Sequence record: KP869111
Source of the DNA: Escherichia coli O157 typing phage 13
Strand: one strand, 5' to 3'
Length of the DNA stretch: 64,000 nt
The position numbers and the translations under genes are program-made. How positions within the stretch are numbered: the first letter of the stretch is position 1; each line of letters opens with the position of its first letter. The notes beneath the pieces are model-generated. The model worked only from the letters and a program-made list of their open reading frames with translations. It was not told the DNA's origin and did not search any database. Below, in pieces: positions 28,254 through 38,493 of the stretch.

Positions 28254-28397
28254 CTAGTTAAAGCATTCATACTTTGCTTGTAGTCCAATCATAATCCATC
28301 CAATTACAAGTGTTGGAATCATTACTGGAGCCGTTAAGCTCCAGTAGATAGTCATGACAAGCATCAATAGTAAAAGTCCTATTGTTATTGCTTTCAT
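28254..28397 (-). CDS. small hydrophobic membrane protein (47 aa)
   Basis: Own translation MKAITIGLLLLMLVMTIYW...; ATG overlaps SIS-gene stop (ATGA); not in ORF track. Confidence 0.4.
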   Translation of the reverse strand: MKAITIGLLLLMLVMTIYWSLTAPVMIPTLVIGWIMIGLQAKYECFN

Positions 28398-29029
28398 TGT
28401 TCGCCTCGTAACATGGCACCTAGTGCACCGCCTGGATGGAACTTAAGAAAGTCATTAGAGGTAAATCCACGTTCAGACGAAAGGTTGATAGCAAACGTAT
28501 CGATAAGCGCTAACAACAATGTAGTGGACATAGTCGGAGCCAGAGAATTCTCATCAACCTCTACCGCGATGCCTGTACAGAAAGAGTAATCAAAAAGGGC
28601 TTCATTTTCTTGCGGAATGTCTGGGTTACAATGCAACAGAATCTGTTTGACATTTGGACGAATCATTTTAAGATGCTTAGCCACGCCTATCATTTCTTCA
28701 GTCTTACCAGAACGACTAATATGAATCAACACATCATTAGGCGCAATGAATCCTGCATCACCGTGAGAATAATGCCCAGTGTTCAAGTACATACTCGGGA
28801 TACCGAGTGAAGCAAATGTCTCAGAAGCTTTAGTTGCAATATTAGCATTCTTACCAACACCTGTAATAATTACTCGGCTTTCATAATTACTAAGTCCAGG
28901 GCGTCGAAGAGTTTCTAGAATAGCATTATAACGAGCAGGGTTTTGACTAATTACTTTGGCCATAGCGGCCAAAGAAGAAGCTTGTTTTATGATTGCGTCA
29001 ATAGCGATAGTAATAGGAGTAGTTTTCAT
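28394..29029 (-). CDS. SIS-domain sugar-phosphate isomerase (arabinose-5-phosphate isomerase KpsF/GutQ-like, no CBS domains)
   Basis: 211 aa; ITGVGKNANIATK...HGDAGFIAPNDVLIHISRSGKTEE...APTMSTT...HPGGALG match the API/SIS signature. Confidence 0.7.
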   Translation of the reverse strand: MKTTPITIAIDAIIKQASSLAAMAKVISQNPARYNAILETLRRPGLSNYESRVIITGVGKNANIATKASETFASLGIPSMYLNTGHYSHGDAGFIAPNDVLIHISRSGKTEEMIGVAKHLKMIRPNVKQILLHCNPDIPQENEALFDYSFCTGIAVEVDENSLAPTMSTTLLLALIDTFAINLSSERGFTSNDFLKFHPGGALGAMLRGEQ

Positions 29030-29069
29030 ATTTCTCTCATTTAATTAGTTTACCGTCCATGACATTATA

Positions 29070-31781
29070 TCAAAAATCGAACATATCGAACAGAGATGCT
29101 TTCTTCTCGTAATCGAGTTTCGCTGCTGATGTGAATCCTTCAAGTGGTTTAATAAATGTCTTCTCAAGGAGAACAGTGTAGTCCATCCAATGAAGTACGT
29201 CATCTTTAATTAAATCTGTGATTTCAGTACCAGAAGGCCATGCGATACATTTATCACCGAACGGGTTTCCTTCACGTAAAGGCAGAACATATACTTTTTC
29301 ACCTTCTACAACTTGTGGAGCATCAATATTACCTTTGATAGCTCTGTTATATGTCAGAATTCCACGAATATGGAACGGACATTTAGGACCAGGGAATCCA
29401 CCTACATCATATTTAGCAATGTTATTCGCAGAAGATACCGACGCGATGCTAATATAATTCAATTGACGGAATTCTTTTTCAAACTCTTTAAAATATTCTT
29501 GTAATGATTCTTCACCTTCTTGAAGCATACGACGAATACATTCTTTAAGAGCTTTCTGTACTGCTTTAGGGGTCGAAGATTTCTGAGTCTCTAGACCCAT
29601 GATTTTGAGTTTAGGCTCAGCGTAACGAGTACCTTCCATATCCCACACGTTTAATGCGTAACGTTTCTTACCAGTCCAGAATCCACCAATACCTTTAGAA
29701 CCGAGCGGAGGACCAGCGATAGCTTCTCGGTCCATGAACATTAAGTGTTGTTTATTGTTCATGTATTCACACATTTCACGGAAACCTCTATCAATAGCAG
29801 GTTCCATACGTTCACGAGCGAACTTATCTAAGAAGTCTACCCAATGGTTGGTATCACGGAATTTAGATTCACCAACCTTATCGATAATTTTATCAGCAGA
29901 TACGTAAATAGAGTCTGTATCACCATAAAGAACGAAAGCTTCACCTTCTGTACCACAAACTTCGTTCAGATATTCATTAACTTTACGTTCAATCCACTGT
30001 AAAGCCATTTGACCAAATGTTGTGATTGCAGTAGCATTACGCAAATCGTAATAACGGAACCAAACGTTGCCAAGTGCACCATAAAGTGAGTTGATAAGCA
30101 ATTTACGGTTAATTTGTGCAGTCATACCTGCAACTTCAGTACGTTGAGCTCTAAACAACATTTCATTAAGAGATTTAGCAGACAACTTTTTAATCTTTTC
30201 TTTAATCTCGTCAGTGAAGTCGAAACGATAATCAACATCTAATGGTTCGTCAACAGAAAGATTAGGATTATGCAACGCCTCTTTAATTATTTCACCATTA
30301 CGTTGAGCCGCAAGCATATAACCTTTATGTTCTTTACGTTGATTAAAGACCTTAGTGATTTCAGTTGGAACTACACCATCACGGTCTTTATAATACATCA
30401 TGCCATTAGGAGAACAACTGTACACATCTGAAGGACGTTCAGCGATTGCGTTAATATAATCATGCAGTGGAGCTACTTTAAACGTTCCTGCTATTGTTTC
30501 CGGGCTAATATTCACTTGGCGAATAATACTTGGATACAGAGATGTAAGGTCGAAACTCATTACATATTTGTATCGATTTGGAATAGGTTCCTTAACAAAA
30601 GCGCCAGGATAAGGTTGAACCGGGTGAGAACGACCTTGTGGAATCACCTTGTTCTGCTCTTTAAGGCTATTAAAAATAATAGCATCCCATGTTTTAATTG
30701 GGCTAAACACAGATTGAATCTGTATCTTAGCATAATAACCCATGTCCAAACTCAAGTTGATGAACTGACGCTTAGCATCAATTTGCAATACACGATACAC
30801 GTCGATAATGTTATAAGAAATATATCGTTGGTGATTGCTTTCACGAAGCTTAGAAATAGGGCCGTCATATTTCAGTTTACCAACGTTCAATTCAAATTCT
30901 GAAATGTAATCTAGAGAATACGACGGTTGATTGGTAAAAGAGAATTTTTTGTAAAGGTCGATATAATCAAGAACAGAGATACCGAACAATGTAATGATTT
31001 CACGAGAACCATACATGTTTTCGATAACTTTAACACGAGTTTTACGATGCGGTGATAAACGTTTCGCAGTAGATTCGCCAAAAATATTCTTGATTCGGTT
31101 ATACACATATGGAATATCAAATGACTCAACGTTCCATCCAGTCAAAATGACAGGAGTTTTCTGTTGCCAGAAGTTGAGATATTCCATCAACAATTCTTTT
31201 TCGTTATCGAACGGCATATAAATGATTTTATCGATAATTTCAGATGGAACTTCATCACCGCCTTGTTCTTGAAGCTTAGCAGCGATTTCAATAGACCATT
31301 CTTCTACATTACCATATGGAGAATTCAATAGATCAAATACGTAGAACCTGTCGTCAATTGAGTCATAATGGGTGATAGCATCAATCGGATGTTTTGCTTG
31401 TGATGGCTCAGGGAACCCATCCGGAGATGTTACTTCGATGTCGAAGTTAGCCACACGAATTTTTGTATGGTCGTATTTGATTTCATAGTTATAAGTGTCA
31501 GACAAATACGCCAATTTGAAATCGTCCATGCCAAGTGCTTCAAGTCCGATATCTTCCATGCGTTTAATCCATTGGGAGGCATCACGCATATTAGCGAACA
31601 ACTTACGAGTACACGGCTTACCGTAGATATCGAAATATTTCGTAGCCTGACTTTCCGGACAATGAGCAAACAGTGATGGTTTATATTCTACTTCACGAGT
31701 ACGTTCACGGCCATTAGAATCGATGTAACGTTCAAAAATTGAATCACCAATCTGTTCAACCGTTAAGTAAAATTCTTTCAT
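29070..31781 (-). CDS. 43: DNA polymerase (family B) with 3'-5' exonuclease
   Basis: 903 aa; exo motifs FDIE, polymerase motifs SLYPS, K...YG, YGDTDS; N-terminus MKEFYLTVEQIGDSIFERYID matches the RB69 gp43 sequence as I recall it. Confidence 0.95.
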   Translation of the reverse strand: MKEFYLTVEQIGDSIFERYIDSNGRERTREVEYKPSLFAHCPESQATKYFDIYGKPCTRKLFANMRDASQWIKRMEDIGLEALGMDDFKLAYLSDTYNYEIKYDHTKIRVANFDIEVTSPDGFPEPSQAKHPIDAITHYDSIDDRFYVFDLLNSPYGNVEEWSIEIAAKLQEQGGDEVPSEIIDKIIYMPFDNEKELLMEYLNFWQQKTPVILTGWNVESFDIPYVYNRIKNIFGESTAKRLSPHRKTRVKVIENMYGSREIITLFGISVLDYIDLYKKFSFTNQPSYSLDYISEFELNVGKLKYDGPISKLRESNHQRYISYNIIDVYRVLQIDAKRQFINLSLDMGYYAKIQIQSVFSPIKTWDAIIFNSLKEQNKVIPQGRSHPVQPYPGAFVKEPIPNRYKYVMSFDLTSLYPSIIRQVNISPETIAGTFKVAPLHDYINAIAERPSDVYSCSPNGMMYYKDRDGVVPTEITKVFNQRKEHKGYMLAAQRNGEIIKEALHNPNLSVDEPLDVDYRFDFTDEIKEKIKKLSAKSLNEMLFRAQRTEVAGMTAQINRKLLINSLYGALGNVWFRYYDLRNATAITTFGQMALQWIERKVNEYLNEVCGTEGEAFVLYGDTDSIYVSADKIIDKVGESKFRDTNHWVDFLDKFARERMEPAIDRGFREMCEYMNNKQHLMFMDREAIAGPPLGSKGIGGFWTGKKRYALNVWDMEGTRYAEPKLKIMGLETQKSSTPKAVQKALKECIRRMLQEGEESLQEYFKEFEKEFRQLNYISIASVSSANNIAKYDVGGFPGPKCPFHIRGILTYNRAIKGNIDAPQVVEGEKVYVLPLREGNPFGDKCIAWPSGTEITDLIKDDVLHWMDYTVLLEKTFIKPLEGFTSAAKLDYEKKASLFDMFDF

Positions 31782-31839
31782 TTAATTTCCTTTAGACGAG
31801 TTATTGTCTTTTGTTTGTTGATGAACTTATTATACTCCA

Positions 31840-31859
31840 AATGGGACCGAAGTCCCATT
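31840..31859 (-). promoter_or_regulatory. RNA hairpin (AAUGGGAC-UUCG-GUCCCAUU) between regA and gene 43, followed by TGGAGTATAAT
   Basis: 8-bp stem with UUCG loop directly after regA stop; no U-tract; possible terminator, processing site or operator. Confidence 0.4.
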
Positions 31860-31862
31860 GCT

Positions 31863-32231
31863 TTAATTACCAATTGTATATTTTGCTTTCAAAGTCCAGT
31901 CATCTTTCTGTTTAAAAGAGATAACACGGAAGTTATTAGTCAGGCCAAACAGATCTTCACGAGCAGAGTCTTCAATAACAATCAATCCCCAGTCTTCAAG
32001 CAACTGAGCAATCGAATCACGTCGCTGATAGTCTTCACCATCAATATCAACCTGACGTCCGTCCATACGCAGCATTTCTTTAAAGTGGACGATGTAATAT
32101 TTACCTTGCTTTTGGAGGATATGACAAGACTGGTAAAGGACTTTATCCTTGTTATTAGCGATGCCCATACGGGTTAGAGTCTCTTTGACTTTCAGAAAAT
32201 CTTCAGGGTTCTTCAATTTAATTTCAATCAT
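31863..32231 (-). CDS. regA: RegA translational repressor
   Basis: MIEIKLKNPEDFLKVKETLTRMGIANNKDKVLYQSCHIL matches T4 RegA; start at MIEI (track ORF extends 3 codons). Confidence 0.85.
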   Translation of the reverse strand: MIEIKLKNPEDFLKVKETLTRMGIANNKDKVLYQSCHILQKQGKYYIVHFKEMLRMDGRQVDIDGEDYQRRDSIAQLLEDWGLIVIEDSAREDLFGLTNNFRVISFKQKDDWTLKAKYTIGN

Positions 32232-32233
32232 TT

Positions 32234-32797
32234 TTACCATTCCAATGCTAATTTTTTAAATTGTTTTTGTTCTTTTACGTTTTTAGTAACTTCTTTGAGA
32301 AATTCATCAGTGACCATGGCCTTCAGTTCTTTAAGGACTATTGGCAGCTTGTTATTTTTTTCAAGGAGCCGCTTATACTCGGTAGCATCATTCATGTTGA
32401 TTGTGTAATGTTTCATCAACAGTTTGATAACTAGTAACTCTGAAGTGTCTTCGACTAGTTTAGCCCATTTAGAGAATCGACGACCACGCGGAATTGCCGC
32501 CATCATATAGTTGAAGTGCGCTTCATCACTTAATTCAGAACCGACTAAGTTCATCATGTAAACGGCTGGCATACATTCTGGAAACTGGGATAACGAGTTC
32601 TCAACCATAAATTTTGAGTAGTCGACCTGAGCAATTGACATAGATTTCTTTTCATTAATAGCATTAATGATTTTAAAGAATTCATTCTCAGGTTTTTCTT
32701 TAAACATATCAGCACATTTTTGAATCGCATCAGCGTCATTAGACTTCCATGCAATTTGGTGCTCGTTAAGCTGGACGTCATCATCGAATAAGTTCAT
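32234..32797 (-). CDS. 62: clamp loader small subunit
   Basis: 187 aa; matches T4 gp62 along its length. Confidence 0.85.
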   Translation of the reverse strand: MNLFDDDVQLNEHQIAWKSNDADAIQKCADMFKEKPENEFFKIINAINEKKSMSIAQVDYSKFMVENSLSQFPECMPAVYMMNLVGSELSDEAHFNYMMAAIPRGRRFSKWAKLVEDTSELLVIKLLMKHYTINMNDATEYKRLLEKNNKLPIVLKELKAMVTDEFLKEVTKNVKEQKQFKKLALEW

Positions 32798-32798
32798 A

Positions 32799-33761
32799 TT
32801 ATTTCCAAGTCAGTTCACAGGTCAGTTGAAGAAGCATATACATAACATGTAATTCAATATTACTTGCTAGTCCATGAAACTTATTATTTTCGCCTGCAAT
32901 TTCGTAAAGCGAAATAATACTTTTACCAGGTGCAACTTGGTCATAACATTCTGAAACTAATTTATCTATGAACCATGAATAATCTGCAGCATATTTTGGA
33001 GCTAATGCACGAAGTTGTTTGATATCTTTGTTCTTCATTGCTTCGATAACATCAGAGACTGTGCCACGGTCATTAGTTACGATAGACAGAATACCTGCAT
33101 CAAGAACACCTTTAGACGAGTACTGGTCTAATTGGCCAATTGTACGACGAAAGTCTGGGAAGTTCTTTTTAACCAGAGCTGCAACAACTTTCATATCAGC
33201 GATTTCGATATTTTCGTTCTTACAGATTTCAACCATACGATGAATCATTTTCTTCATCATCGAGATTTTATCTTCTTCAGTCGGACGACCGAATTCTATA
33301 ACTCGACAACGGCTACGTAATGGTTCAATAATTCCATCAATGTTGTTGGCAGTAATAATAATAGAACAGTTACTAGAGAATTCTTCCATAAACGTACGAA
33401 GGTGACGTTGTGATTCGGCGAGGCCACTACGGTCAAATTCATCAATAACAATAACTTTAGGCTTGCCTTCCATTGAGACTGAACGAGCGAATGCAGTTAA
33501 CGGACCACGCACAAAATCAATCTTACAATCAGAACCGTTGACGAACATCATTTCGGCATTGATATCATTACATAATGCTTTTGCTACGGTTGTTTTACCT
33601 GTACCAGGAGAAGGAGAGTGCAAAATAATATGAGGAAGTTTTCCTTTAGATACTAAAGACTTGAATGTTTCATGGTCATACGCAGGCAGAATACATTCGT
33701 CAATGGAAGAAGGACGATATTTCTGTTCTAGAATGTGTTCTTTGGAATTGATAGTAATCAT
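32799..33761 (-). CDS. 44: clamp loader large subunit (AAA+)
   Basis: 320 aa; Walker [11 protein letters not shown]; matches T4 gp44. Confidence 0.9.
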   Translation of the reverse strand: MITINSKEHILEQKYRPSSIDECILPAYDHETFKSLVSKGKLPHIILHSPSPGTGKTTVAKALCNDINAEMMFVNGSDCKIDFVRGPLTAFARSVSMEGKPKVIVIDEFDRSGLAESQRHLRTFMEEFSSNCSIIITANNIDGIIEPLRSRCRVIEFGRPTEEDKISMMKKMIHRMVEICKNENIEIADMKVVAALVKKNFPDFRRTIGQLDQYSSKGVLDAGILSIVTNDRGTVSDVIEAMKNKDIKQLRALAPKYAADYSWFIDKLVSECYDQVAPGKSIISLYEIAGENNKFHGLASNIELHVMYMLLQLTCELTWK

Positions 33762-33788
33762 GTAATTTTCCTCATTATCATTAAACTG

Positions 33789-33804
33789 GAGGATTTCTCC
33801 TCCA
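33789..33804 (-). promoter_or_regulatory. hairpin GGAGGA-GAAA-UCCUCC in 45-44 intergenic region
   Basis: 6-bp stem seen; no U-tract; upstream of gene 44 SD. Confidence 0.3.
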
Positions 33805-33836
33805 TAATCGTATCACATTAAACGTAAATCTTTGTC

Positions 33837-34523
33837 TTAGAAGTCGTGAGTAGAATCGGCTTCCATTGCAATAACATAACTTACTTGAGAGCTTTCAAAC
33901 TTGGCTGCAACTTTATCACCAGCTCCCCACAACATTACTTTATAGTTACCTGGCTGGATTTTCATATTAGCCATATTGATTACAAAGTTAAAGTTATTAG
34001 AACCATCATAATCGGTAAGAGTCAAAGAATACTTAGGACGAGTTAGTCCGGAATCTTCAACTTTATTGTAACCGTTGATAACAATTTTACCATCTTTATT
34101 TGTAATAGCAATTGTATCAATCTGGAGACCACGTGAAACTCGAAGCAATTGTTGAAGGTCTTCAGCTTTAATTTCAGTAATCACAGAAGCCACCGGGAAT
34201 TGAATTGGCTTATTAGGAAAAACAATGGTGCTCTTGTCGGCAGCAGGCCAATAAACTGTGGAACGTGTATCTGCAATTTTAATATTGCCATCGGTGTGCA
34301 TTGAAATTTCAGCATCATCAGACACTAGACTCAAAATGCTTAAGAAGCTATTCAAATCATAAAGTGCTACGTCAAAATCAATTTCATCGGAGATATTTGC
34401 TTCTGCATAAGTGGTGCCATTAACTGCACGGGTCATAATAAATTTACCTTGACTCAGCAGAATGCCGGAGTTAATAGAGGCAAAGTTTTTCAGAATAGCG
34501 ATAGTATCTTTAGACAGTTTCAT
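33837..34523 (-). CDS. 45: sliding clamp
   Basis: MKLSKDTIAILKNFASINSGI... matches T4 gp45; start at MKLSKD (track ORF extends 5 codons). Confidence 0.85.
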   Translation of the reverse strand: MKLSKDTIAILKNFASINSGILLSQGKFIMTRAVNGTTYAEANISDEIDFDVALYDLNSFLSILSLVSDDAEISMHTDGNIKIADTRSTVYWPAADKSTIVFPNKPIQFPVASVITEIKAEDLQQLLRVSRGLQIDTIAITNKDGKIVINGYNKVEDSGLTRPKYSLTLTDYDGSNNFNFVINMANMKIQPGNYKVMLWGAGDKVAAKFESSQVSYVIAMEADSTHDF

Positions 34524-34565
34524 TTTATTTCCTTTCAAGACAATTCAAAGTTTATAACAAATTTA

Positions 34566-34982
34566 TTATGCAGCAACCATCTGCTTTTTAATAGCTTCAG
34601 GCAGTGATTCAATATATTCTGGAATTTTAGAAGCAACAATTTCGCCAGCTGCAATTAATTGTTCATCGGCATCAACACAGTAGAAATCTTCCAGACGCTC
34701 AGAACCATCTTTATCAAGAACGATTTTTCCACCTGCTTCAATAGAATCTTTATAGTGCTTACGCATCAGATGAATCCACATATCAGATACATCGTTATCA
34801 ATAAAACCATAAATCATAAAACGAGTTTCTTGTGGCAAAGATTGAAGCTTTTTAGCACTTGCGTCATCACAATGCAGGACCCATGCTTTACGAACACGAT
34901 TATGGTTATGCGGGTTAGCGTCAGTACGGATAGAAGTAACTTTCAGATCAGCAGCAGTGAAACCTTTAGCAGTAGTAAACAT
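34566..34982 (-). CDS. hypothetical protein, RpbA-like by synteny
   Basis: 138 aa between genes 45 and 46. Confidence 0.45.
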   Translation of the reverse strand: MFTTAKGFTAADLKVTSIRTDANPHNHNRVRKAWVLHCDDASAKKLQSLPQETRFMIYGFIDNDVSDMWIHLMRKHYKDSIEAGGKIVLDKDGSERLEDFYCVDADEQLIAAGEIVASKIPEYIESLPEAIKKQMVAA

Positions 34983-34994
34983 ATTATTTCTCTC

Positions 34995-35195
34995 TTATTC
35001 GTAGAAGTCAGTAACTGTCCATGCGGAATTGCGATTAGACATTATTTTATTATACTCATCTTTAAAAGCAGATTTGAGCATTTGTTCAGTAACAATATGT
35101 TCTTCACCTGAAAACGTATTGGTCAAAACATATTTTTTAATTTCAGGGACAACAAGAAGATGTTGTCCGGTTGAATACTCCATGTTGTTCTCCAT
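34995..35195 (-). CDS. hypothetical small protein
   Basis: 66-aa ORF between rpbA-like and gene 46. Confidence 0.4.
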   Translation of the reverse strand: MENNMEYSTGQHLLVVPEIKKYVLTNTFSGEEHIVTEQMLKSAFKDEYNKIMSNRNSAWTVTDFYE

Positions 35196-35237
35196 TTAAT
35201 TTGATGTGGTCATTATAACCACATCGTGTTAAAGCGT

Positions 35238-36926
35238 TTATGAAACAGTCATTACAGTAAATCGTCCAACTTTGCTCATTTGAAGATGTTGTCCATAACG
35301 TTGAGGGTCATGGTCTCTATGAGAAATAATGAACACGTTAGTATTTTGTAAACTTCCAAGAATGGTATCTATAGCCTTAACAGCCTCAGAATCTACAGCG
35401 CCGTCAAAAACTTCGTCAAGAATAAGAGTGTTGATTTTAACACCAGAGACCTTTTCAGCAATATCTCGCCATGTAAACAACAATGCGATATCGATACGTG
35501 CCTTTTCACCTTGACTAAATGAAGCATAACTAAAATCTTCACGACCACGTGATTTTATAGATTCATTGAATTCTTCATCAATAGAAAACACGTAATCGGC
35601 TTCCATGATTTTAAGATAATGGTTAATCTGCTTGTTGAACAGAGGCACATATTTTTTAATGATAGCACCTTTAATACCAGAATCTTTTAACATATCTGTG
35701 ATAATACCACGATGGTATTTTTCAAGAACGATATCCGATTTTGTTTTAATGATTTTATCAAGTTCTTTTTGAAGCAAAGCTATCTCATCGGCATGGTCGA
35801 TAAATTCCGCCGAGGCTTGTTCTATTGCAGCTTTAACTTTCTTAGCTTTATCAATAGTGGCAATCATTGCTTGTTTCTTGGTACGAATATCAGATGCAAG
35901 GTCCTGCTTAGTCTTAACATTAGCTCTATATTCGTCCACTAGGACACTCAGATTATCTCTGTGGCAGGTAAGTTGCTCGAATGAGTGATTACATTCATGA
36001 AGCTTATCGGTAATCTTAGAGACAATAGGGTCACCCTGGTGCAACTGTGATGCGCAAGTAGGACATGTACCGCCATCATGATACATCTTAATAACTTTGT
36101 TATATGAGTCAATTTTAGATTTAATCAAGAATGCTTCTTGTCCTATCTTGTTGAATGCCTCAGTAGGGTCTTCGTCAAGAACGATATTAAGTAGACGCTC
36201 GTTAGCTTCTTCGATTTCTGCTTTTAATGACCGAGCTTCTTTGGCTAGGTCGTCGTACATATTCTGTAGACGCGCTACATTATCACCAGATAATTTCTTT
36301 TGACGTTCGATGTTCTCATTATAAATCTTAATTTGTTGGATAATACCATCTTTCTTGGCATCGAGAACTTGTCCCTGGGAATTAAGTTCTCGAACTTGAG
36401 ACTTATTGATTTTATCCATTTCAGCGAGTGTGCCAACTTCTAATAAGTCTTCAACAAGCTTTCTGCGAGCAGGGGTGCTAAGAGCCATGAAAGGGGTATA
36501 CCCTGCCGTCCCAAGCACAACGATTTGTTTAAAAGACGCGTATGACATTCCGATGCTACGTTCAAATTCTTCTTGGAAGTCACGACTGCTGGCAGATTCA
36601 TCAAGACGAACACCGTCAACGGAGATTTCGAAAATATTGGGCTTTTGGCCACGTTTAATGAAGTATTTTTTACCATCGAATTCCATCCAAAGCTCAACTA
36701 AGAGCTCTTTCTTGTTCGTGCTATTAATGATTTGTCCTTTCTTAACATCACGAAATGGTTTACCGAAAAGTCCGAAAGTGATGGCTTCTAACATCGTAGA
36801 TTTACCACCGCCGTTTTTACCAGTGATTAATGTCTTTTGGACTTTATCTAATTGGATATCAATAGGATTCCCACCTACCGACATGATGTTTTGATAACGA
36901 ACACGATTTAATTTAAATGATTTCAT
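35238..36926 (-). CDS. 46: recombination endonuclease subunit (Rad50/SbcC-like ATPase)
   Basis: 562 aa; Walker A GKNGGGKST, coiled-coil with CPTC zinc hook, signature and D-loop at C-terminus. Confidence 0.85.
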   Translation of the reverse strand: MKSFKLNRVRYQNIMSVGGNPIDIQLDKVQKTLITGKNGGGKSTMLEAITFGLFGKPFRDVKKGQIINSTNKKELLVELWMEFDGKKYFIKRGQKPNIFEISVDGVRLDESASSRDFQEEFERSIGMSYASFKQIVVLGTAGYTPFMALSTPARRKLVEDLLEVGTLAEMDKINKSQVRELNSQGQVLDAKKDGIIQQIKIYNENIERQKKLSGDNVARLQNMYDDLAKEARSLKAEIEEANERLLNIVLDEDPTEAFNKIGQEAFLIKSKIDSYNKVIKMYHDGGTCPTCASQLHQGDPIVSKITDKLHECNHSFEQLTCHRDNLSVLVDEYRANVKTKQDLASDIRTKKQAMIATIDKAKKVKAAIEQASAEFIDHADEIALLQKELDKIIKTKSDIVLEKYHRGIITDMLKDSGIKGAIIKKYVPLFNKQINHYLKIMEADYVFSIDEEFNESIKSRGREDFSYASFSQGEKARIDIALLFTWRDIAEKVSGVKINTLILDEVFDGAVDSEAVKAIDTILGSLQNTNVFIISHRDHDPQRYGQHLQMSKVGRFTVMTVS

Positions 36927-37162
36927 ATGTATTCTCTTCGAATGAAGTCCTCTACATATTTTAACATGTCATCTCTATCAGCAAAATACTCATCTAGTTC
37001 TGCATACATAACAACACCCGGTGCGTACTCACAGGTAACATACATTGTTCCAAAGAAACGAGGAGTTGTCTCCTCATAATTCTCAGTCCATTCAACGATA
37101 CCAATATAACCGTCACCAATACTAAATTCGTGACGATGGATTTCATAGTCAGTCTTCGTCAT
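36923..37162 (-). CDS. hypothetical small protein
   Basis: ORF between 47 and 46; start uncertain. Confidence 0.4.
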   Translation of the reverse strand: MTKTDYEIHRHEFSIGDGYIGIVEWTENYEETTPRFFGTMYVTCEYAPGVVMYAELDEYFADRDDMLKYVEDFIRREYI

Positions 37163-37406
37163 TATACGCATCCTCGATACATGCTTCAGCCATTTTAAGA
37201 ATAGAGCCAGGAGTATCGTTGTCCATTATATTAAAGCTAAATTCAATAGCCCAGTCGGTACAGACATGAACGGCTTTAACTTCATTGCCTTCAACGCGTA
37301 ATGGCTCAATCCAATACTTGATAGTGTTCTCGAATCCATCATCATCTTTAACGTCTATTTCAACTTCAAGCCCAAGCCCGGCATTGTTAAATTCATCTAA
37401 AGTCAT
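37149..37406 (-). CDS. hypothetical small acidic protein
   Basis: 85 aa; ATG overlaps gene 47 stop. Confidence 0.4.
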   Translation of the reverse strand: MTLDEFNNAGLGLEVEIDVKDDDGFENTIKYWIEPLRVEGNEVKAVHVCTDWAIEFSFNIMDNDTPGSILKMAEACIEDAYNDED

Positions 37407-38422
37407 TGTGTTGCCTCAATATAAAGTTCGTTAGAATATTTGACCAGCGCTTCTCTGTCTTCGTCTGAGATATCTGGAATCGCGTCAATATATTCTTTAA
37501 TGATATCTTGAAGTGATTTAATCTCGATTTCCTGGTCGTCATCAGATTCAACACTGTTATCAACTTTAGAAACCATACGAAGAGAGTGAACTACTTTTTC
37601 AAGTTCAGATTCAAACTTAGTCAACTCTGAATCAATTTCTGATACTATAACACGTACGGCTAGATTAGTATAATCAGAATAATTGATTTTGCCTTTAAAC
37701 GGATAAGTGATTCTTCGATGCCATGTTGTTTCATTAGGAATAAATTCCATACGTTCAACATCAGTGTCAAATACCCAGAATCCACGCGGGTCGTTCTCAT
37801 CACCTGCAGTAAGGGTCCACGGTGTTCCAATATATTTGACGTTAGCAGCTTCAGAGATTGTGTGGAAGTGGCCTGACCAGACTTGTTTATAAGTCTTTAA
37901 GAAATCAGGTTCAAGCCCATGAGACTTCATCCCTTTATAGAAATAAAAGCCGTTCAGTTCCCAGTGCCCAACACAATACGCAGCAGAAGAAGTCTTGATG
38001 TGCTCTAAGATTTCACCTGTATTTTCTTCACACATCCATGGAACGATATCAATCAGACATCCGTCAAAATCTACAGTAGTCGGATGCTCATAAATAGTAA
38101 AGTTTTCAAATTGAGTTAACAATTCAGAAACAGTGTTAGGTGTTATTGTATTCTTAAACGCCATGTCATGGTTTCCTATCGTGACATGAACGTGAATGCC
38201 TGCTTTAGAAATCATATCAACGATTTCACGATTGAATTCCATTGTACGATGTGTTATTGCTTTACGGACGTCAAACCAATCACCGTACTGAATCCAAGTT
38301 TTAATCCCGTGTTTCTTAGAGTATTCAATTGCTTGTCGAATACCATCACGTTGAATATCTTGAACCCATGGGTCGTCTTGTTTGACTCCGATATGGAAGT
38401 CGCCTAAGTGCAAAATTTTCAT
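37403..38422 (-). CDS. 47: recombination endonuclease subunit (Mre11/SbcD-like phosphoesterase)
   Basis: 339 aa; MKILHLGDFH, GNHD phosphoesterase motifs; matches T4 gp47. Confidence 0.85.
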   Translation of the reverse strand: MKILHLGDFHIGVKQDDPWVQDIQRDGIRQAIEYSKKHGIKTWIQYGDWFDVRKAITHRTMEFNREIVDMISKAGIHVHVTIGNHDMAFKNTITPNTVSELLTQFENFTIYEHPTTVDFDGCLIDIVPWMCEENTGEILEHIKTSSAAYCVGHWELNGFYFYKGMKSHGLEPDFLKTYKQVWSGHFHTISEAANVKYIGTPWTLTAGDENDPRGFWVFDTDVERMEFIPNETTWHRRITYPFKGKINYSDYTNLAVRVIVSEIDSELTKFESELEKVVHSLRMVSKVDNSVESDDDQEIEIKSLQDIIKEYIDAIPDISDEDREALVKYSNELYIEATQ

Positions 38423-38473
38423 ATTATTTCCTCATTAGTTAATTCATTTTATCATCCGTTTATAAAGCAAAAA

Positions 38474-38493
38474 AGGAACTCCGAAGAGTTCCT
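38474..38493 (-). terminator. rho-independent terminator (AGGAACUC-UUCG-GAGUUCCU + U6)
   Basis: 8-bp stem, UUCG loop, T6 tract on minus strand. Confidence 0.65.

Noticed and set aside
30462-30902. Plus-strand 146-aa ORF inside gene 43 (and similar plus-strand ORFs inside 39, 46, 47, nrdD, uvsX and others)
   Set aside because: All lie antisense within conserved minus-strand genes and lack ribosome-binding sites; typical AT-rich shadow ORFs.
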